A program made the translations under genes and the position numbers. 32,000 bases of DNA from Promethearchaeum syntrophicum (GTDB lineage Archaea; Asgardarchaeota; Lokiarchaeia; Sigyniarchaeales; Promethearchaeaceae): NCBI RefSeq assembly GCF_008000775.2, contig NZ_CP042905.2, positions 2,250,001 to 2,282,000 on the forward strand, read 5' to 3'. The notes beneath the pieces were generated by a model. That model saw only the letters and a program-made list of their open reading frames with translations, was not told where the DNA came from and did no database searches. Shown in pieces: positions 10,901 through 17,105 of this stretch (its first letter is position 1; every line of letters starts with the position of its first letter).

Positions 10901-10951
10901 ATTCGCTCCGCGGCAAATCAAGATATTGCTGTAGGGATCAAGGAGGTGTAA
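7931..10951 (+). CDS. ABC transporter permease with two FtsX-type 4-TM modules and two large extracytoplasmic domains (BceB/YbbP/MacB-like)
   Basis: 1006 aa. Hydrophobic helices are arranged as TM1, an about 270-aa loop, 3 TM, 2 linker TM, TM7, an about 240-aa loop, then 3 TM. FtsX-like segments include RRRGIAIRKVQGANSRQIF and KRKHEFAILRSIGAKKKHIY. Translationally coupled on both sides. Confidence 0.85.
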   Translation: MNWMENKPEKNISKKNKQGLNKRENNSSIHKINQRRVFPKKKKLEFIATFPFETIPQTFKSVIHNKRRSFAMLAGIILATSLLSGIIIYNKELKENNYLTLIEDQPFEVGFNIPNNESMIALNELATQIRSNEKVLAASIFGGRRGDFKGYLETKLFTSTDLVSEDPEGVVAFPLFMEESIFSNEIGEKIAEMDFEGELDLSGDSAIIPSRMARDLDLEIGQKIPLINLTQIYYDDGDPPNPVQINGQLTNITIKGTYKLAEQTSFSITDIFSSSPFQGWNIYLSMDLLTNKTSMDALETIMHDQGNFYIGVKLDINQFSVGDPETFIEEINIFINDIARNNNNDLEGSIIIQDAVIGFEIISIFITILYVALSIPVIILSIYLLNFGIEMSLEERRRGIAIRKVQGANSRQIFGELRSETIFLLLVGTVIGYLAGIVSAWLITSATGYMIIAPDPTTFIDFVYLDWTALLVPFVFTSLLIILQIYKKGRKFINSEVTQGVVRRDQKKISFLKRTYLDFVFFIIGVIGLGIVVAQRLKVDIQLSLLAQLGIFLITPFLFWIGGSSLGSRLTKWVPLKLQASFLRLKVLNDVKRIIKSGLKRRGDVDRLALIIILTLSIAVLATIQGTTEERHAERDLEWQVGADWQVNFNTPADHHANLSQIIGFDENIALTGTFVKILTSSLSVIAIENSFELANLQEGKPVLYWQEDNFNSFTAQEALQELETTPRGIFLTSDYADYLALNTEDKIDIKVPITGSTSGEFHEIEDISILGTMNQFPGSLSFSSLTSESLMREILALSMNMSADALATGALNSSRYYVRTDNGADMSVDQISATQIEVEEMDDIENDRSFYYEKNRLDSSTQGYGISGLLSMDFVISLLASLISAFAFSAIIMEKRKHEFAILRSIGAKKKHIYKLALGENTLMMLTASIWGIFLGIGIAQLFNGVFMFVSMISETFSSIDRLVEIPIVELIIISTVTFLGMLGATVASIRSAANQDIAVGIKEV

Positions 10952-10955
10952 TTAA

Positions 10956-11963
10956 ATGACAGAACAAAATGTAAAGGCGGATCAGATGAATAATTCTTCA
11001 TTTGAAGGGTCTGAAAATATTCTTTTGGAAGCAAAAGGATTATATGCAATTTACCATGGATTAGAAGGTGCCGAAAACGTGGTTGCACTTCGAGGGCTAG
11101 ATATAATGATCCAGCAGCGGGAATTCGTGTCTGTGGTTGGGACCTCAGGAGCGGGAAAATCTACCTTACTCAGGATTCTTGGGGGGTTGCAACGTCCCAG
11201 TGCAGGATCTCTTCGATATTTTGGTCAAGATATTACCAACGTTTCGGAAGATCTCCTGGTACCATTTCGGCGAAATACAATCGGATTTATCTTTCAAGAA
11301 GGAAATCTCTTAGCCGAGCACTCTGCTTATGAGAATGTACTGAAAACTCTTCGTTATGCTGGTGTTTCATATAGTGCATCCGTGAAACGAACCAAAGAAG
11401 TCCTTCATCAATTAGGAATGACATCACGAATGCATGCAAGACCTCAAAAATTGAGTGGAGGGGAACTGCAAAGGGTTGCAATTGCACGGGCTTTAGCCAA
11501 CAAACCTTTACTCATATTGGCAGATGAACCAACAGGTAATTTGGATCATGAAAATACTGACCAAGTTATGGGACTCCTAAAAGATCTTCATAATGAAATG
11601 AACACCAGCATCTTGATAGTTACCCATAGTCCCCACGTGGCTTCTTACTCTGATCGCAATATAGAGTTAAGCGATGGAAAAATCGTTGGGCATCATGATG
11701 CAGGATCGAATATTTATGCTTTGGAGAAATCGCGTTCAGTGATTATATCGGAAACAGGGAACATGACACTCCCTCCTGAAGTTATGTCCGCCATTGAACC
11801 ATATGGAAATATGTGGAATTTTCGGTTTGAGTTATTGAATGATAATCCTCGTATAATTGCTACCCCTAAAAGCACCAGTAGCGGGATTTGTCCAATATGC
11901 AATACACCCGTTGAAATTAACAGCAGTTTTTGCACTAATTGCGGAGCTCGTTTACAAAGATAG
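10956..11963 (+). CDS. ABC transporter ATP-binding protein with about 100-aa C-terminal extension ending in a zinc ribbon, ATPase 2 of the operon
   Basis: 335 aa. Walker [10 protein letters not shown], signature [15 protein letters not shown], Walker [14 protein letters not shown]-loop VTHS. C-terminal [27 protein letters not shown] Shine-Dalgarno-like sequence lies inside the 3' end of the permease gene. Confidence 0.9.
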   Translation: MTEQNVKADQMNNSSFEGSENILLEAKGLYAIYHGLEGAENVVALRGLDIMIQQREFVSVVGTSGAGKSTLLRILGGLQRPSAGSLRYFGQDITNVSEDLLVPFRRNTIGFIFQEGNLLAEHSAYENVLKTLRYAGVSYSASVKRTKEVLHQLGMTSRMHARPQKLSGGELQRVAIARALANKPLLILADEPTGNLDHENTDQVMGLLKDLHNEMNTSILIVTHSPHVASYSDRNIELSDGKIVGHHDAGSNIYALEKSRSVIISETGNMTLPPEVMSAIEPYGNMWNFRFELLNDNPRIIATPKSTSSGICPICNTPVEINSSFCTNCGARLQR

Positions 11964-11992
11964 TGTGGTATCACGAATGATGAAATGGAAAG

Positions 11993-12002
11993 TTTTTTTT
12001 TT
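11993..12002 (+). terminator. oligo-T tract (T10) after the ABC operon
   Basis: A run of 10 T starts 30 nt after the stop of the third operon gene. Oligo-T tracts act as archaeal intrinsic terminators (established knowledge). No hairpin is seen. Confidence 0.4.
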
Positions 12003-12046
12003 ATTACTTTGATTATTTAACAAATTGGATTATTTTTTAAAAAATT

Positions 12047-12612
12047 ATTAGAGGAAAAAAAATTTGAAAACTTAAAAAAAAAAAAAAAATTGGATATTAC
12101 CTTTATGTGGAGGAATTCTTTCTATTATCGGTCTTTTTATTCCAGTATGGTATAGTATGACAGGATATGATGAAAATCTTTGGATGTGGGGATTAATCAG
12201 ACATATTTCAGTAGGTGATGTGTTTGATTTTTTACCCCCCGAATTATTAATCCCCGGTCTTATTATAGCTGTTTTAATATTAATATTCTCAATTATAATA
12301 CTAATTTTTGCCTGGTTTATTGGTAGAGGGAAAGAAATTGAGAGTACAGCAGAAAAAATATGGATAATAATGGGTTTATTAGAATTAAGTGTTGCAATTA
12401 TTTACATTGTTGCGATAGGTATAGGATGGAATTCATATACTCTCAGAATTAATTATCCCGTTCATAATTTTTGGAGGATATACAATTTTCATGTTGGGAT
12501 GATTACTCCGTTCATTGGTGCTGTTTTATCTATTGTTGGGGGACTTATCGGGAAGAAAAATAACAGAAAAATGAATTAAATGAATTTAAAGAAATATATT
12601 TCAATATAAAAC
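12047..12612 (+). repeat. copy 1 of a duplicated gene segment (partner 18355..18918)
   Basis: Nucleotide and protein similarity to 18355..18918 runs from the shared ATTAGAGG-N9-TTG start region through the coding region and about 30 nt past the stop. Confidence 0.8.
12157..12579 (+). CDS. multi-pass membrane protein, paralogue of 18372..18902. The N-terminus is truncated relative to the paralogue, so it may be a pseudogene.
   Basis: 140 aa from the first ATG, about 75% identical by eye to the paralogue (ENLWMWGLI.H..VG.VFDFLPPELLIPGLIIAVLIL). The homologous first TM helix is encoded upstream in frame (12076-12156) but is cut off from the conserved TTG start (12064) by TAA at 12073-12075. Confidence 0.6.
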   Translation: MTGYDENLWMWGLIRHISVGDVFDFLPPELLIPGLIIAVLILIFSIIILIFAWFIGRGKEIESTAEKIWIIMGLLELSVAIIYIVAIGIGWNSYTLRINYPVHNFWRIYNFHVGMITPFIGAVLSIVGGLIGKKNNRKMN

Positions 12613-12682
12613 TAGTATATATACCTCAATAATAATGGTCATTACCAATTTTTTTATATTTCATTTTTTCTTAGTTGATCAG

Positions 12683-13180
12683 ATGATTAAAAAAAAGGTT
12701 ATCAAAAAAGAGACTCTTAAGATTTATTTTTTAGGAGTATCATTATGTTTGATTTTAATCAGTTCAATCTCGATTGGCTATTCATATATCTTGTATCCCA
12801 CACTAATACCAATATATGGAGGTGGGGAAACGTTCTATTTAGATTCATATAACAATTATACTAGTCAGTTCCCTTTCTTTACAAACGCTAAACTTCATAT
12901 TATTATGAATGCCAATGATACAGTTCAAATATTTATAGATAATGAGAATGTTCTTAATGGCACTTATTATGATGTAGAAATTGAACCTAATTCTGAAATT
13001 TTGATGTTATTAAAATCATATTTTCCAGTAACCGGCAGATTTACTTTAAGGCAAGAAACTCCTATATTTATGGAAATTCTCTCTATTAGTTTACTTCTTA
13101 CAAGCGTAATTACAATTTTTATGAATTTGTATTATTTCGGAATAAAAAAAAAGGAAAAAAATCAAATTAATTATAGATAG
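12683..13180 (+). CDS. hypothetical bitopic surface protein (N-terminal signal/anchor helix, beta-rich ectodomain, C-terminal TM anchor)
   Basis: The ORF track starts at 12635. The internal ATG at 12683 (MIKKKVIKKETLKIYFLGVSLCLILISS) gives a typical charged n-region plus hydrophobic helix. C-terminal helix ILSISLLLTSVITIFMNLYYF is followed by KKKEK. The 3' end overlaps the convergent gene by 14 nt. Confidence 0.5.
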   Translation: MIKKKVIKKETLKIYFLGVSLCLILISSISIGYSYILYPTLIPIYGGGETFYLDSYNNYTSQFPFFTNAKLHIIMNANDTVQIFIDNENVLNGTYYDVEIEPNSEILMLLKSYFPVTGRFTLRQETPIFMEILSISLLLTSVITIFMNLYYFGIKKKEKNQINYR

Positions 13181-14609
13181 TGATACTACCAGAACCTGTC
13201 TCTATAAAAAGATCGAATCCTAATGTACCATCGAAACTTTGACTGGTTAAAGATTCATCAGTATAAATATATCCCGTGGGGTTTTCCAAATCGAATAATA
13301 TATCTCCACTTCCAACATCACATTCCCAATTTGAAGGAATAATTGTAGAATTAATATCTAAAATAATAGAAACTCCTCCACTCCCTGTATCAATATTCCC
13401 TGTTATTAAACCTCCAAGAGGATCGTGCTGTGTTAATTCAACATTAATATGGCCACTACCTCCATCAATATTCCAAAATACATCATTTTCCAAGAACAAA
13501 TCTACAGAGATTAGATTGAAACCTCCAGATCCAATCTGAACATCCAAATTTCCACCTAATGTCGTATTAATGATTCTATAATCAACGCCTCCAGAACCTG
13601 TGTCTGAATAAATTCCATTTGAAAGTTTGGAATTGGCAATATAAATATCCATACCTCCCGATCCAGTTTCCAATATTAGAGAATTTGACAGATCTACATC
13701 ATTTAAAATAATTTCCATTGACCCAGAGCCCGTATCTGCTACAAAAGAATTATCGATAGAAGAATTTTCAATATCAACATGAATTCTGCCAGAACCTGTA
13801 TCAAGATTCAGATCATTTGCAATACTTGAACCACTATTGATATCTAAATCAATATTTCCTGATCCTGTGTTTAAATGTAGATCATTAGCAATATTTGAGC
13901 TACCGTTAATATTCACATCGATACAACCCGATCCCGTAAAAATATCTAAATTTTTAAAATCTTCTCCTTCAGGAACATTGACTAAAACACTTCCCGATCC
14001 AGTATCGATATCTAAATCATAAACAATATCTGTTCGTAAAGTGACCGTAATGACACTTTGATCCCACATTGTCCAATGGAACCAATCATCCCGATAGATT
14101 CCAAATAAAACTGAAGATTCGGATGTTTCCCAGACAATATCATAAATTTCTTCCAAGCTAGATTCTTCAAATCCATGAATTGTAAAATTAAAATTGGCAT
14201 CAATCTTTACAATATCGTCTATTGGTGTTGAATTAAATTGAAATACAATTTCAGCACTACTTACATCAAAAATGAAGCCCAATTCGCTAGGAATTTCTTC
14301 AGATTCGTAAGTATAAGATCGCTCTGCTTGAATTTCATATGAATTTGCGAAAGCGAAGAGAGAACCTCCACTTAAAACCATGGTGACAATTAGTAAAAGC
14401 GCAATAGATTTTCCTAATTTTCTTTTTCTGATTCGTCCAGAATGAGCTGAATTATTCGATATTCCATCATTTGGAGTATAATGAGGTTTTTCTACATATT
14501 TCTCGGGTTGAGGTGAAGATTCCTCAATATTTTCTAACCGAGAACCACAATGAGAGCAATATTCAGTACCTGGTTCTATATTCTCTCCACAATTAAAACA
14601 ATAAGACAT
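13167..14609 (-). CDS. zinc-ribbon / single TM / DUF4097-type (LiaG/YvlB-like putative adhesin) beta-helix repeat protein
   Basis: 480 aa. N-terminal CFNCG-x10-CSHCG. TM helix IALLLIVTMVLSGGSLFAFA. About 12 tandem units of the form (D/E/N)TGSG.(I/V/M)D(V/L/I).I, e.g. DTGSGSVLVNV, NTGSGNIDLDI, DTGSGRIHVDI, ETGSGGMDIYI, ETGSGSITIY. Confidence 0.8.
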   Translation of the reverse strand: MSYCFNCGENIEPGTEYCSHCGSRLENIEESSPQPEKYVEKPHYTPNDGISNNSAHSGRIRKRKLGKSIALLLIVTMVLSGGSLFAFANSYEIQAERSYTYESEEIPSELGFIFDVSSAEIVFQFNSTPIDDIVKIDANFNFTIHGFEESSLEEIYDIVWETSESSVLFGIYRDDWFHWTMWDQSVITVTLRTDIVYDLDIDTGSGSVLVNVPEGEDFKNLDIFTGSGCIDVNINGSSNIANDLHLNTGSGNIDLDINSGSSIANDLNLDTGSGRIHVDIENSSIDNSFVADTGSGSMEIILNDVDLSNSLILETGSGGMDIYIANSKLSNGIYSDTGSGGVDYRIINTTLGGNLDVQIGSGGFNLISVDLFLENDVFWNIDGGSGHINVELTQHDPLGGLITGNIDTGSGGVSIILDINSTIIPSNWECDVGSGDILFDLENPTGYIYTDESLTSQSFDGTLGFDLFIETGSGSITIYN

Positions 14610-14770
14610 ATTTTTTCACATAATTCTTTGTTAATTCTATGTAGTGGTTATTGATTATATTCCATCGGGAAACCAATAGTTGTCACGTAATCAAAATTAA
14701 ATCGCAATTTTCCCCAACCATATATTAAAAAATTCAAAAAAAATGTTCATTTCTTTAAATTGAGGGGTAA

Positions 14771-15349
14771 TTATTTTTGGAGAGTAATTTGGAATAGAAT
14801 TCCTTCCTCTTTCGATGTGATAATAGTAAATCCCGCTTCCTTTGCAAAATTTATAATTTGCTTCATAGATTGGGATTTTTTTCGGGTTCCATATCCCGTT
14901 TCGATTAACTTTCCACTAGGTAATTTAATTTTTAATCTAAAAGCAATCAAATTTTTGTCAAATTCGGTAGGATGGGTAAAATTTACGCCCCATATGATAA
15001 ATTTTCCTTTTAGAGTAAGAACTCGGTAGAATTCTTTCAAAATACTTAATAAATTTTCTTCTGGAACATACATAAGCGTGTAAAAGGAAGTAGCGGTATG
15101 AAAAGTATTATCGAGAAATTTGAGTTCTTTTCCATCCATTATGATTGGTAAAGCTTTACTCCCATTTTCAATTGCTTCTAATAATTCACTTTCCCGACGA
15201 TCAATTGCTATTACTTGTGATTCTTTAATTTGCCCAATAACCCCTTCTCCACCACCACCAAAATCTAATATCCATCCTTTATCACAAGGGAAATCATCCA
15301 AGGTGATTGTTTGATCTTCTAAAAAATAAATATCTTCTTCATCCGTCAT
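14771..15349 (-). CDS. class I SAM-dependent methyltransferase
   Basis: 192 aa. Motif I ILDFGGGGEGVIG, acidic post-I VIAIDRRE, motif II/III region FHTATSFYTLMYV and EFYRVLTLKGKFIIW. Confidence 0.8.
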   Translation of the reverse strand: MTDEEDIYFLEDQTITLDDFPCDKGWILDFGGGGEGVIGQIKESQVIAIDRRESELLEAIENGSKALPIIMDGKELKFLDNTFHTATSFYTLMYVPEENLLSILKEFYRVLTLKGKFIIWGVNFTHPTEFDKNLIAFRLKIKLPSGKLIETGYGTRKKSQSMKQIINFAKEAGFTIITSKEEGILFQITLQK

Positions 15350-15527
15350 ATTTCATCATTTTTCCATTACTGAGTTTTTTTCATATAATATTCACAATTC
15401 ATAAAAAAAAATCTTGGAGTGAATATAAAATGGTATCAAAAATAAATTATACTAATCATTATTACGAAATTTTCAGTTTCTTAATGAATAACAAAAAAAC
15501 TAGAGAGGAAATTATAGGTTAATAATG

Positions 15528-15929
15528 TTAATCCAGAATTTCTTTATTGTAGATCTTACTTACTATTTGCCAAGTATTTTTAATTTTTAATAAACTTAGG
15601 AAATCGGTATAAAGAAGCGTATTCTCTGTGGATTTTAGTATTGATTTAACTTTTACTATCGCAGTCTGTCCTATAATATCAATATTCAATATTTCTGATT
15701 TGCGTGAATAATTTGGATCGTTGATTGGTTGCGCAAGAAATTCCTTCCACCATATCCTCGGAGTTCGAATTGATTCGCCTTTATCATTTAAACCAATCAT
15801 TTCGCAATCTTTCTGCCATCCCTTACATAAATAGTCAAAATTTCTGTCAATTGCCCCCTTAATATAATAATTAGCTGCTTTTCGTACTTCTTGAACCTCT
15901 ATTAATGGATTTCTTTTTTGATTTTTCAT
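15528..15929 (-). CDS. NTF2-like / SnoaL-like fold protein (putative lumazine-binding family type)
   Basis: The ORF track starts at 15947. The second ATG (15929) has AGGAGG 8 nt upstream. The pattern KAANYYIKGAIDRNFDYLCKGWQKDC ... AIVKVKS ... YTDFLSLLKIKNTWQIVSKIY is typical of small NTF2-like cone proteins. Resemblance only. Confidence 0.6.
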   Translation of the reverse strand: MKNQKRNPLIEVQEVRKAANYYIKGAIDRNFDYLCKGWQKDCEMIGLNDKGESIRTPRIWWKEFLAQPINDPNYSRKSEILNIDIIGQTAIVKVKSILKSTENTLLYTDFLSLLKIKNTWQIVSKIYNKEILD

Positions 15930-15976
15930 GAATTTTCCTCCTTTCAAAATAATTTTTATTTGAATTTATATTCTAA

Positions 15977-16004
15977 ATTCGGAATATAGTATGAATTTCC
16001 GAAT
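15977..16004. promoter_or_regulatory. inverted repeat ATTCGGAA-N12-TTCCGAAT (candidate operator 1)
   Basis: Perfect 8-bp arms at 15977-15984 and 15997-16004 with a 12-nt AT-rich spacer. It lies 48 nt upstream of the NTF2-like gene start in the divergent intergenic region. Confidence 0.5.
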
Positions 16005-16037
16005 GTTACAAATTTATGTCTTGCGTGAAATTTAAAC

Positions 16038-16065
16038 ATTCGGAAATATTTATCTTTTCCCGAAT
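16038..16065. promoter_or_regulatory. inverted repeat ATTCGGAA-N12-TCCCGAAT (candidate operator 2)
   Basis: Same half-site and same 12-nt spacing as operator 1, with one mismatch. The spacer ATATTTATCTTT is TATA-like. It ends about 29 nt upstream of the wHTH regulator start. Confidence 0.5.
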
Positions 16066-16093
16066 ATTCATTTTATTTAATACTTGTTGATGT

Positions 16094-16861
16094 GTGACAA
16101 TGACTTCTAAAAACCCAAATTCTGACTCAATTTCTGCTGAAATTATCCTGAAAAGTGCTCCAAAGTTCCAAATCTACAGTATGTTATTGATTCATCCTGA
16201 ATTAAATCTCAATCAACTCTCTGGATTATTAAATAAAGCCAAATCTACTGTTCATGAACATCTTGATGCATTAATCGACTGTGGCTTGGTTTCTGTAATC
16301 CGAAAAGAAAAAATCAGAAGTGATCGAGAAAAAAATTACTATGGACTTACTCAAGAAATCCCTGAAAATCAGAATTTTGAAGAATCAAATCTTGCACCAA
16401 TAAAAAATACGAAGAAAGAAAAGGAAAATTATTGTCGAGAAGTATTAAAAGTATATCAATCATTTACTATTCAACAAATATCAATTTTAAATAATTGGAA
16501 AAAATACCTCGATGGGATAGAAGATTTAATACAGAAGAGGAAAATTGATGAAGCTTATCGATCCCTAGTCTCTGTAAAAAATCCGGAAAATCTCGATTGG
16601 ATCAGGAAAAAAAAAGAAGAAAATGAATTTCATAATTACGCAAGTCTCCTTTCTGTTAGTTTTTTTACCCCAGAAATAGCATTGGAATTTGTTGAATCAG
16701 TCGAAAAAATTCACAACAAACTTCAACAAAAAGAAATTCGTAGAATTCAACTAGATCCCTCCCAAAAAAGAGTAGAAAGAACAGTATATGGTGGTATTTC
16801 TGTGATTCCAATCAAATTTGTATTAAATTTCTTAAATCAAAAAAATAATCTTCGAAATTAA
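16094..16861 (+). CDS. ArsR/TrmB-like winged helix-turn-helix transcriptional regulator with long helical C-terminal domain
   Basis: 255 aa (GTG at 16094; ATG at 16100 is also possible). wHTH region: FQIYSMLLIHPELNLNQLSGLLNKAKSTVHEHLDALIDCGLVSVIRKEK...KNYYGLT. Confidence 0.75.
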   Translation: MTMTSKNPNSDSISAEIILKSAPKFQIYSMLLIHPELNLNQLSGLLNKAKSTVHEHLDALIDCGLVSVIRKEKIRSDREKNYYGLTQEIPENQNFEESNLAPIKNTKKEKENYCREVLKVYQSFTIQQISILNNWKKYLDGIEDLIQKRKIDEAYRSLVSVKNPENLDWIRKKKEENEFHNYASLLSVSFFTPEIALEFVESVEKIHNKLQQKEIRRIQLDPSQKRVERTVYGGISVIPIKFVLNFLNQKNNLRN

Positions 16862-17105
16862 AACGATTATTCCCAACTGGTTTTTGAACATCTGGTAAAT
16901 TTTCAACTCTATCTAGCTAAATAATATGTATAAACCTCAAAATTTTTACTAAGTTAAATATCAATGAATTTATATTCATTATCCCTATTTTTAGTTATAT
17001 TTCAGTTTCAATTGGAAATTCTATAACAACTGGGTTAAAAGTGATTTAAATAGGGACATTATTAATATCACTTATTGTTTAGAAAATAAATGAGAAGTAA
17101 TTAAA

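Noticed and set aside
11975-11990. ATGATGA (C-box-like) just after the ABC operon, as a possible C/D-box sRNA
   Set aside because: No CTGA D or D' box lies at a suitable distance downstream, and there is no terminal stem. A similar GATGATGG at about 21560 also lacks a D box.
13276-14203. ORFs 13276..13539 (+), 13837..14022 (+) and 14012..14203 (-) over the DUF4097 gene
   Set aside because: They overlap the 480-aa repeat protein. The plus-strand ORFs are antisense and 14012..14203 is same-strand in an alternate frame. The periodic PDPV/SIS strings are simply another reading of the TGSG repeat DNA.
14760-15522. Plus-strand ORFs 14760..15029, 15120..15314 and 15307..15522
   Set aside because: The first two are antisense to the well-supported methyltransferase. 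The third runs through its promoter/5' region and is hydrophobic AT-rich noise with no RBS.
16964-17026. 20-aa mini-ORF (MNLYSLSLFLVIFQFQLEIL) upstream of the radical SAM gene, as a possible precursor peptide
   Set aside because: It has no Cys, Ser/Thr-rich core or Gly-Gly type leader features, and no RBS. Its composition equals that expected from AT-rich DNA.
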